Made by a program: the position numbers and the translations under genes. Shown here in pieces: positions 1 to 7,288 of a stretch of 64,000 nt of DNA. Origin of the DNA: a virus. Under the pieces are notes generated by a model. That model was not told where the DNA came from. It was given only the letters and a program-made list of their open reading frames with translations, and did not search any database. The stretch spans positions 10,893 through 74,892 of IMG/VR virus record IMGVR_UViG_3300040856_003015. The stretch is one strand, 5' to 3'. How positions within the stretch are numbered: position 1 is the first letter of the stretch; every line of letters begins with the position of its first letter.

Positions 1-174
1 TGATAACTTTGAATTTTGAGTTAAATTTAGTTGAGTAAAATTTGGTTTTCTATCATTATCAATGCGTTCATGAAGTTCTTCATTTTCATCAAAAAAATTT
101 ATTAAAAATTTACAAACATCAGAACTCAAATTATTCTTTTCTATGTGTATAAAATCATTTAATTCAACTACCAT
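1..174 (-). CDS. Partial CDS running off the window edge; probably the N-terminus of a 2OG-Fe(II) oxygenase
   Basis: Not in the ORF track. ATG at 174 overlaps the uvsX end and reads MVVELNDFIHIEKNNLSSDVCKFLINFFDEN...KPNFTQLNL to base 1. Resembles N-termini of cyanophage prolyl-hydroxylase-like oxygenases; catalytic motifs are not in the window. Confidence 0.5.
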   Translation of the reverse strand, partial: MVVELNDFIHIEKNNLSSDVCKFLINFFDENEELHERIDNDRKPNFTQLNLTQNSKLS

Positions 175-1075
175 AACTAAACTCTACTCTAGCGATTTCA
201 TCAAGTTTTTGCATCACTTCATCAGTGAAATATACTTCAGGATCTTTTAGGATTTGTTTTGCGTAAATCTTTTTACCATTCATTTCATAACGACCTGCTA
301 CATTTTTCCAAAGTCCGCCAATCTCACCGAGTTCAAGAAGACCATAATATCTATCAAGACCACGCTCATCATAATAAAGACGAATTTCAACTTCTTTATT
401 CTCCTTGCTCAAGCGCGACTTGTGAGTCTTTGCCTTGATAAGATTGCCGACGACTTCTGTTCCATCCTTCTCTTTCTTTTTGCTGAGATAGATGATTGTA
501 CTTGCTGCATACTTGAGACCAGAATTGTGAGACACGACACCATTACCAAGAATATAATGATGTTCTCCTTCAACTGTGATGTCATAAACATCCTCAGTCT
601 TTATTTTCTTGATAGACTTTACAATTCGTTCCATGCCACCTCTTATACATATAGATTTGATAGTATCTGAAGGTAATAACTCAGTAACGGATTTCCATTC
701 ATAACCATCTCCAGTATCTACTAAAAACTTATGTTCGCCAGAACATCTAATAGTTTCTCCATCTTCCAATTCCAATTCATAAACATCTTTATCGGTGAAA
801 TGGAAAGTGTCAGTAACTGATGAATAACCAAACATAGTTCTCACTTTGTCACCAACTTGAATAGATTCAATAGGAATAGAACCATTTTCTGTTTGTATCT
901 TAGTTCCCGCAACTAAACAACCCCCACCCATTTCCTTTGTAGGGACATAAGAGTTATGAGAAAGTGTCCCATCTTCAAAAATATAGTGATGAGCATCTTC
1001 TATTTCGATATCATAAACATTAGTATTCTTTTTTTTAATTTTTTCAATTTTTTTAATTTTGATGCCAATAGTCAT
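164..1075 (-). CDS. uvsX: UvsX recombinase C-terminal fragment: IntC (41 aa) + 11-aa extein + 132-aa cis mini-intein + 119-aa C-extein
   Basis: Starts with an IntC ending [12 protein letters not shown]...SHN, then extein [11 protein letters not shown], an intein C...SHN, then [21 protein letters not shown]...KSRLSKE typical of UvsX. GGAG lies upstream of the ATG. Confidence 0.93.
   Translation of the reverse strand: [303 protein letters not shown]
524..919 (-). other. Cis mini-intein with no endonuclease domain (132 aa) in UvsX
   Basis: Block A [10 protein letters not shown], block B CSGEHKF, block F [12 protein letters not shown], block G SHN followed by Ser+1. Confidence 0.93.
953..1075 (-). 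other. Split intein C-fragment (IntC, 41 aa)
   Basis: Basic N-terminus ([11 protein letters not shown]), VYDIEI, terminal SHN followed by Ser+1. Confidence 0.92.
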
Positions 1076-1091
1076 TTGAAATTTACTCCGT

Positions 1092-1099
1092 TATAAATA
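1092..1099 (+). promoter_or_regulatory. T4-type late promoter TATAAATA for the antisense HNH gene
   Basis: Exact TATAAATA 28 nt upstream of ATG 1128. Confidence 0.7.
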
Positions 1100-1127
1100 G
1101 TTATAATCATACCTATTATGTAATAGA

Positions 1128-1763
1128 ATGAAGCACATACATCATATTATACCACGACATATAGGTGGGTCTGATGACCCAAGCAATTTAATAGAATTAA
1201 CAATAGAAGAACACGCAAAAGCACATTTTGATCTCTGGAAGAAGTTTGGTCGCATAGAAGATAAAATTGCTTGGGAGTGTTTATCTGGAAGAAATCTTTC
1301 AGAAGAAGAAAGAATTATACTATCAAAATCTGGATTTGAAAAGTTTTTACTAGATGAAAGTAAAGTCACAAAATGGAAAAATAAAATATCAAATACATTA
1401 ACTGGAAAAATTCAATCTGAAGAAACTAAAATAAAAAGATCAAACTCACTAAAATTAGCATATAAAGAAGGTAGAAAAAAAGTTATTGTTAATTCAGATG
1501 ATGCTAGAAGAAGATATTATGAAAATAATATATCTCAATTAATGGCAGAAGGTAGAAAAAAATCTCAAGAGTGGAAGAACTCTGTAACTTCAGAAGAATA
1601 TAAAATTAAAAAAACTTTATCAGACCCAAGATCTAAAAAAGTATCTGTAGATGGAATAGTTTATAATTCAATTAGAGAAGCATCTAAAAAAACAAATATA
1701 AATTATTCCAAACTAAGAAATGTACTAATTTCCAATATTAATAATAATATCTTCTTCTGTTAA
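1128..1763 (+). CDS. Free-standing HNH homing endonuclease with NUMOD3-like and C-terminal HTH-like DNA-binding motifs, antisense between the uvsX halves
   Basis: HHIIPRHIGGSDDPSNLIELTIEEHAKAH (HNH), GKIQSEETKIKRS (NUMOD3-like), KVSVDGIVYNSIREASKKTNI (NUMOD1/IENR1-like). The only convincing plus-strand gene in the window. Confidence 0.88.
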   Translation: MKHIHHIIPRHIGGSDDPSNLIELTIEEHAKAHFDLWKKFGRIEDKIAWECLSGRNLSEEERIILSKSGFEKFLLDESKVTKWKNKISNTLTGKIQSEETKIKRSNSLKLAYKEGRKKVIVNSDDARRRYYENNISQLMAEGRKKSQEWKNSVTSEEYKIKKTLSDPRSKKVSVDGIVYNSIREASKKTNINYSKLRNVLISNINNNIFFC

Positions 1764-2606
1764 TTCAGAAACTTTTTTCCACTCACCCTCTTGAGTCATT
1801 AATTTATGCTCTCCTGTTAATTTATAAATCGACCCATTTTCAAGTTCAACTTCATAATATTCATCAAACGAATATCTATAAGTATTGATGACTTTTTTGG
1901 GTCCGACCATAGTATTCACATAATCTCCAACTTCAATTTCTGAAATATCAATATTTCCATTTGGAGTTTTAATCTTGGTTCCTTTAAGAGCACATCCGAT
2001 AACATCGTAAGTGTGGTTTGTTACTAAAAGTGGAATGTTTGCTTGTCCCAGTTTCAGAGTAAGCATACGGAATGCTCCTTTGACAAGTTGAGATTTGGTC
2101 ATGTCCCTGACTTGCTTATCATCTAAAGCATCACGAATCTCTTTCTCTGTGGAAAGCATACCTAAAGAGTCTAGCACAAACATACAGGGTTTGCGATCCT
2201 CTACAGGTTTTTTTAAGTATATGTCTACTGCCTGTAATGCTTTCTGTCTAAACTGTTCAATCGTAACAACATTGACAACAACCAATCGCTCTAAGTCAAT
2301 GCCACGACTTGCAAGAAGAGATTTGTTAACTGCTGCCTCAGTGTCAAAGTACAAACAGTAACCGTCAGGATTACTATCCAAAAAATTCTTAACCACAGCG
2401 AGACTAAAGAAAGTCTTCCCAGTAGAAGACTCACCAGCAATGGCAGTAATCTTATTCCCAGAAACACCACCAAATATGCTACCTGAGACCAGTGAATTAA
2501 AGATGTAAGAACCCGTGTCCACAAAGGTTTCGGTGTCGTCGATGTCTGATGCGAGTTGGGTGTAGTCATCTCCAATCTCTTTTACAATTTCTTTTAAAAA
2601 ATCCAT
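1725..2606 (-). CDS. uvsX: UvsX recombinase N-terminal fragment (204-aa extein) fused to an 89-aa IntN
   Basis: Walker A [16 protein letters not shown] Walker B, [10 protein letters not shown] then [10 protein letters not shown]. Start set to ATG 2606 ([10 protein letters not shown]). Confidence 0.93.
   Translation of the reverse strand: [293 protein letters not shown]
1728..1994 (-). other. Split intein N-fragment (IntN, 89 aa)
   Basis: Cys1 block A, LTGEHKL block B (TxxH), WKKVSEL, then a stop codon with no blocks F/G. Confidence 0.92.
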
Positions 2607-2724
2607 TTTTTTGTTTCTGGTTAAATTTAAACGACCAAAGTTTAGAGTAGAGATCCTTTTCATTTGTATTTTTAAGGATCTCTATAATTTTATCCAATTC
2701 TTTTTCAGTTATTGGAACTTCCAT
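2566..2724 (-). CDS. Small hypothetical protein between gp43 and uvsX
   Basis: MEVPITEKELDKIIEILK...LYSKLW from ATG 2724, just after the gp43 stop. Confidence 0.55.
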   Translation of the reverse strand: MEVPITEKELDKIIEILKNTNEKDLYSKLWSFKFNQKQKNGFFKRNCKRDWR

Positions 2725-2731
2725 AATACTA

Positions 2732-4078
2732 TCAAATGAAAAATGAATCAAGTGTTGATTTTTTTTCAGATGACCAACCAATAGCATTCAAAATAATTTT
2801 TAATGGTTCCAAGAATCCCTTTTCAAACTGAGTATCGTAATCAATATATTGTTTCAACCCAAGTTCTTTGGGAAACTCTTGAATGAAAGAAATAACATTT
2901 TCATATATTGGATTTGGTTTTTTTAAATAACAAAATTTAAGTTTTTCACCATTTTTAATTAAAGAATATTTTCCTGTAAGTTTATTAAGTTTAATATAAT
3001 GATTAAACAATAATGCACCTCTGGCATGAATTGGAGTTCCTTTATTATAAATTGAATTGTATGATTGATGTTTTACAACATTAGAAACAGATCTTGGGAA
3101 AGAAATTTCTTCTGGTGGAAGTTTTGAAAATGAACTTCTACAACTATCAATATATTTTATAACATCATCTTCAGACCCGTCCATTAAAATTTTAAATGCT
3201 TCCTTAAGCATTTTTCTACATGAAGATGGAGTTGACGATTTAATTGCTTCAATTCCTTTAATTTTTAATTTGGTTTCTTTGTATCTAACCCCTTCACTAT
3301 CCCACACACTTAGAATATATCTCTTTTTTGCAGTCCAAATCCCACGTTCAGAAATACACTCTCTTTTCATGACCATCTTCTGATCATAAGCATTGACATA
3401 CTTTGCCAACTCCTGATAAGAAGACTCAATATATTTTTCAATTTTTTCTTTACAAATTTTATCTAAAAAATCAACAATCTTTTCTGGACTTTTTTCTTTT
3501 CCATCAAATATAACATCAACCAAAGGACCCATATTAATATAAAGAGAATCAGTATCTGATGCAATTACATAATCAATGTCATTGGTTTTTAAAATGCTAT
3601 TTAAATAAGAGTTCATCTTATTCATAATCCATCTAATTGAGACTTGACCAGAATATGTAATGGCTTCGGCAATATCTAGTTTGTAATACCTAAAGTACTG
3701 ATTGCCACAAGCGCCAAATGCAGAATTGAGTTGGATCTTGCGGGCCATCTGAATGTTATTGCATCTTGCAATCTCCTTCTCCAATGCCTTAGTCGGAGTT
3801 TTTTCATAATCTTGTTTTGCAATAAGCATCTTCTTCTTGTAGATGGTGCGATCCTTATAAATCTTCTCCATCAGTTCTGGCAGCATACCTTTCACCCTAT
3901 GATAGAGTGCTCCATTCGCAGTCATAGTGAGATTTACCTTTTGCAAAGGTTCCAAATCCAACTCTTGTTTGATAAGTTTATCTACATTCACCTTTACGGA
4001 AAGTTCTCTTACCTGTTTAAGTGCCTCAAGTTCTTCTACAATTTCCTCACGGGACATTTTACGAACATCTTTCCACAT
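2732..4078 (-). CDS. gp43: Family B DNA polymerase C-terminal subunit (fingers, palm motifs B/C, thumb, clamp-binding tail)
   Basis: KIQLNSAFG (motif B), SDTDSLY (motif C), KKRY, C-terminal STLDSFF. Start set to ATG 4078 behind GGAG. Confidence 0.93.
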   Translation of the reverse strand: MWKDVRKMSREEIVEELEALKQVRELSVKVNVDKLIKQELDLEPLQKVNLTMTANGALYHRVKGMLPELMEKIYKDRTIYKKKMLIAKQDYEKTPTKALEKEIARCNNIQMARKIQLNSAFGACGNQYFRYYKLDIAEAITYSGQVSIRWIMNKMNSYLNSILKTNDIDYVIASDTDSLYINMGPLVDVIFDGKEKSPEKIVDFLDKICKEKIEKYIESSYQELAKYVNAYDQKMVMKRECISERGIWTAKKRYILSVWDSEGVRYKETKLKIKGIEAIKSSTPSSCRKMLKEAFKILMDGSEDDVIKYIDSCRSSFSKLPPEEISFPRSVSNVVKHQSYNSIYNKGTPIHARGALLFNHYIKLNKLTGKYSLIKNGEKLKFCYLKKPNPIYENVISFIQEFPKELGLKQYIDYDTQFEKGFLEPLKIILNAIGWSSEKKSTLDSFFI

Positions 4079-4079
4079 T

Positions 4080-4646
4080 TCAATTCTCCATAATTTTAGT
4101 ATGCTTTTTGCGGTTTTCACTCATAGTAATAATCTGCAAGTTGTCTTCGTGATGCTTTCCTCCTTTTGAAATTGGAATTATGTGGTCCACTTCGTGAGGA
4201 ATACCAGTTTCTTCTGTTAATCGTTTTGCTTCACAATAAATCTTATTTATTTTTTGTTGATTTGCAGTTTCATCAAAAGCATCTCTTATCCTACATCTTC
4301 TGCGAGCAGCAATAGAGTTTAAAACTGCCCTCTTATGCTCTTTACCCAAATATCTAAATTTAGAAGAACAAGAATGAGAACAAAATTGAAGTTTCCATTT
4401 CTCACTTGTTGCTCTAAATCTGCTTACAATAAATGGAGAACCGCAATTTTGACAGTAAAGAGTTTCCTTTCTCTCTTTATTTTTATTCTCCAAATGTTTA
4501 GGTTTTTGGAGTCCATACTTTCGTATTTTCTGCTTAATAAGAGGGTCGGAGCATCCAAAAAAATCAGCACACTCTTTACGACTTTTGTTTTCAAGAATAT
4601 AAAGTTGATGTAGTTGTTCTTTAGTTATGTTGAATTTTGGTTGCAT
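4080..4646 (-). CDS. Free-standing HNH homing endonuclease (HTH + Zn finger + HNH) splitting gp43
   Basis: N-terminal HTH-like KSRKECADFFGCS, CQNC...FCSHSC, HEVDHIIPISKGGKHHEDNLQIITMSEN. Confidence 0.9.
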   Translation of the reverse strand: MQPKFNITKEQLHQLYILENKSRKECADFFGCSDPLIKQKIRKYGLQKPKHLENKNKERKETLYCQNCGSPFIVSRFRATSEKWKLQFCSHSCSSKFRYLGKEHKRAVLNSIAARRRCRIRDAFDETANQQKINKIYCEAKRLTEETGIPHEVDHIIPISKGGKHHEDNLQIITMSENRKKHTKIMEN

Positions 4647-4657
4647 TTGTTTTATTG

Positions 4658-4690
4658 TATCCGCACATTATTATTTATAAGATGTGGATA
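4658..4690 (-). promoter_or_regulatory. Hairpin with late promoter TATAAATA (4672-4679) in its loop, upstream of the HNH gene
   Basis: Minus strand TATCCACAT...TATAAATA...ATGTGCGGATA. Confidence 0.65.
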
Positions 4691-4692
4691 TT

Positions 4693-5964
4693 CTACAACA
4701 TTTTCTCCAATTCTGCAATACGATTATTAAGTTCGTGCTTTTCAACAAGTGTTTCTGGTGAAACTGAATATTGCATAATAAGATGGGGGTATAGAGAATT
4801 AAGGTCAAAACTAACAACCCATTCATATACTCCAGGAATAGGTTCCTTTACGTATGCTCCACCAAATTTCTCACTTTTACTTGTTGATTTTTTTGGTGGT
4901 ATAACAATATTTTTTTTCTTAAGATAATTATATATAATCGTATCCCACATTCTGACCTGAGAAAAAATGTCGGCATAGTTAACCTTAGCGTCATAAGCCA
5001 TAGTGATTGCCAATTCAATCAACTTCATTTTATCTTCAAGACGGTCAACAAGTTCTACGTCAATAATATTATATTCGACAAATTTTTGCCAACCTTTTTT
5101 ATAAAAATCTTGAAAGGTTTCGAACTCGGAGTGATCTAGTTTTTTCTGACCCAACTCAACATTAGCAATATGATCTAAACGATATGATTCTTGGGCAGTA
5201 TACGTAAATTTTTTGTAAAGATCCAAATAATCTAACTGAGTAATTCCACCAACATCAAAAGTTATTTGTTGATTATTATTTACAAATACTTCCCTCTCAG
5301 TAATAAGTCCCCATGGAGAAAACCGTTTCATTCTTTTTTTTCCAAAAATTTTATCAAGTCGTCCACAAATATATGGGACATCATAAAACTGAATATTCCA
5401 CCCAGTAATTACTTCTGGAGTATTATTTTCCCAATACGCAATAAAAGAATTTAACAGATCATACTCAGAGTTACACAAAATATAATTAACATTTTTTTGT
5501 TTATTATTAAATGGTTTTGTCCCCCATGTAGTTATTTCTTTAGTTGTATAGTCTTGAATAGTTATTAGAAGAATTTCTTCATCACAGTTTTTAGGATCTG
5601 GAAACCCATTTTCTGAAGCGACTTCAATATCAAGAGTTACTAATTTAATTTTTGAGATATCAAACTTAATTTCATCTTCTGGGTATTTGTCCGAGATATA
5701 TTGGTAAATAAATCTCTCATTACCATATACTTCAAATCCATCAACATCTTCATATTTTTTATAAAACTCCCTACAATCTTTTACTGTACCTGGTTTTATT
5801 TCTTCTACATACTTTCCATCAAGAGTTTTATATTTTGTTTTTTTATTTGAATTCACATATAATGTTGGAAAGTATTCTTCCTTAAACATTACATGTTGAC
5901 CATCATGATATCCACGGACAAGAAACTTGTTTCCGACCATTTGGATGTTAGTATAAAACTTCAT
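4693..5964 (-). CDS. gp43: Family B DNA polymerase N-terminal subunit (N-domain, 3'-5' exonuclease, palm motif A)
   Basis: ExoI LDIEV, ExoII GWNIQFYD, ExoIII YNIID, motif A SFDLNSLYP; ends SPETLVEKHELNNRIAELEKML. Confidence 0.93.
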   Translation of the reverse strand: MKFYTNIQMVGNKFLVRGYHDGQHVMFKEEYFPTLYVNSNKKTKYKTLDGKYVEEIKPGTVKDCREFYKKYEDVDGFEVYGNERFIYQYISDKYPEDEIKFDISKIKLVTLDIEVASENGFPDPKNCDEEILLITIQDYTTKEITTWGTKPFNNKQKNVNYILCNSEYDLLNSFIAYWENNTPEVITGWNIQFYDVPYICGRLDKIFGKKRMKRFSPWGLITEREVFVNNNQQITFDVGGITQLDYLDLYKKFTYTAQESYRLDHIANVELGQKKLDHSEFETFQDFYKKGWQKFVEYNIIDVELVDRLEDKMKLIELAITMAYDAKVNYADIFSQVRMWDTIIYNYLKKKNIVIPPKKSTSKSEKFGGAYVKEPIPGVYEWVVSFDLNSLYPHLIMQYSVSPETLVEKHELNNRIAELEKML

Positions 5965-6209
5965 TTTGTAAGACTTTCGTACTTTTCAAGAATAGTGCTT
6001 TTAGGATCGCAAATAGTTACAATCTTGTCAGAATGTATCATAAAATTATCCTCAGATGAAAAATATCCCATCCATGATTCTAGTGTAAAATCTTTTTTGA
6101 TTAAAAATGGTTTTATTAACATACAGTCTGGTTCTCCCAACTGAGACTGTATTTCTTTTATTTCGCTTATTAAAATTTCTCCCGTAGATATTTTTAAAAT
6201 TTTAATCAT
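5961..6209 (-). CDS. Conserved small T4-like hypothetical protein, possibly Sm-like fold
   Basis: IKILKISTGEILISEI...IKPF; ATGA overlap with the gp43 start. Confidence 0.7.
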   Translation of the reverse strand: MIKILKISTGEILISEIKEIQSQLGEPDCMLIKPFLIKKDFTLESWMGYFSSEDNFMIHSDKIVTICDPKSTILEKYESLTK

Positions 6210-6229
6210 TTAAAATTCCCATCTGTCTA

Positions 6230-6258
6230 AGTTTAGCATAAAAAAAGTGGGGCGTCAA
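6230..6258 (-). promoter_or_regulatory. Sigma70-type promoter for the gp43 operon
   Basis: TTGACG-17 nt-TAAACT with extended TG. Confidence 0.65.
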
Positions 6259-6281
6259 CTGGTTTTTGCCAGTTTGCCCCA
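6240..6281 (-). terminator. Rho-independent terminator after hsp20, overlapping the -35 box
   Basis: TGGGGCAAACTGG-loop-CCAGTTGACGCCCCA followed by a T7 tract. Confidence 0.7.
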
Positions 6282-6307
6282 GAAGCGCCGACTATATTCA
6301 ATTATAT

Positions 6308-6742
6308 TTATAAGTAATCTTTACGCTTATGATGTTCTGGAACAATCTTCCTTATGTAGATAGTGAGGAGTCCATCTTCAAAGGATACATCTGAGACTTC
6401 TGTATCATCTGCAAGTGTCCATGATCTATTGAAAGATCGTTGTGCCAATCCTTTATGGACGTAGTTGGTATCAGTTTCTTTATCTGCCTTTTGCCCCTCA
6501 ACAAAAAGTTTTCCATCTTGGGTATAGACATAAACTTCTTTCTTTTTAAATCCTGCAAGTGCAAGTTCAAGTCTCGATTCTACATTACTAACTTGAACAA
6601 GATTATATGGAGGGTAATTTGAAGTAGTTTCATGAAGACTAAATAGACGATCAAAATATTCGTCCATCCCAATACTATAATGATTGATTCTATCCATTAG
6701 AGTGGGAAGATCTTCTGCAGTATAACGTTTAATACTAGTCAT
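6308..6742 (-). CDS. hsp20: Small heat shock protein (Hsp20/IbpA family)
   Basis: YPPYNL, LALAGF, HKGLAQRSF, FEDGLLTI alpha-crystallin motifs. Confidence 0.95.
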   Translation of the reverse strand: MTSIKRYTAEDLPTLMDRINHYSIGMDEYFDRLFSLHETTSNYPPYNLVQVSNVESRLELALAGFKKKEVYVYTQDGKLFVEGQKADKETDTNYVHKGLAQRSFNRSWTLADDTEVSDVSFEDGLLTIYIRKIVPEHHKRKDYL

Positions 6743-6747
6743 TTTTT

Positions 6748-6763
6748 CTCCTTTAAAAGCGAG
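6748..6763 (-). promoter_or_regulatory. ROSE-like RNA thermometer hairpin masking the hsp20 SD
   Basis: CUC-G-CUU/AAG-GAG: UCGCU pairs with AGGAG with a bulged G. Confidence 0.5.
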
Positions 6764-6812
6764 TTTGTAAATTTGGATCCATTATGGCATCCATTACTAA
6801 TTATACAATAAA

Positions 6813-6841
6813 ATAAAAAAAATGGGGTGTTGAAACCCCAA
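6813..6841 (-). terminator. Rho-independent terminator after regA
   Basis: TGGGGT-TTCAAC-ACCCCA followed by a T8 tract. Confidence 0.75.
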
Positions 6842-6847
6842 CAAAAA

Positions 6848-7288
6848 TTATTCGGTTTCCTTTACCCTGGTTTTTTTACCAATATTATATTTTTGTTCTA
6901 GAATCCATTCATTTTTTTCTTTGTAAGAAATAACTTTAATTTGATTTAAAGGAGCAACATCAACTACTTTATTATGATCAACAATCGATACCAATCCCCA
7001 ATCAGAAATTAAATGTATAATTCTATTTCTCCTTTGAATATCATTAACTGTTAGATTTGCATGTTTGCCATCAAGGGCAAAAAGTTCTTTAAAATGAGTT
7101 ATATAATATCTACCTTGTTTGTGTAGAATGTGAGCACTCTGATAAAGTTTCTTCTGTTTTCGTGAAGCAACACCAATTCTTGTTAGTGTTTCTCTAACTT
7201 TGAGAAAATCATCAGGTTCATTTAAAACAACCTCCACCATCATATCAGGTGACCAATTTACTTGAGGTTCGTTTACAGTGTTAGTCAT
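6848..7288 (-). CDS. regA: RegA translational repressor
   Basis: DDFLKVRETLTRIG, LYQSAHILHKQGRYYITHFKELF. Confidence 0.95.
   Translation of the reverse strand: MTNTVNEPQVNWSPDMMVEVVLNEPDDFLKVRETLTRIGVASRKQKKLYQSAHILHKQGRYYITHFKELFALDGKHANLTVNDIQRRNRIIHLISDWGLVSIVDHNKVVDVAPLNQIKVISYKEKNEWILEQKYNIGKKTRVKETE

Noticed and set aside
1028-1036. In-frame A_AAA_AAG in IntC
   Set aside because: No evident downstream hairpin and the -1 frame stops after two codons.
4080-4693. Group I intron or gene-60-type ribosomal bypass in gp43
   Set aside because: No room for an intron core; the gap of over 600 nt far exceeds the 50-nt T4 gene 60 hop; the C-half has its own SD and ATG.
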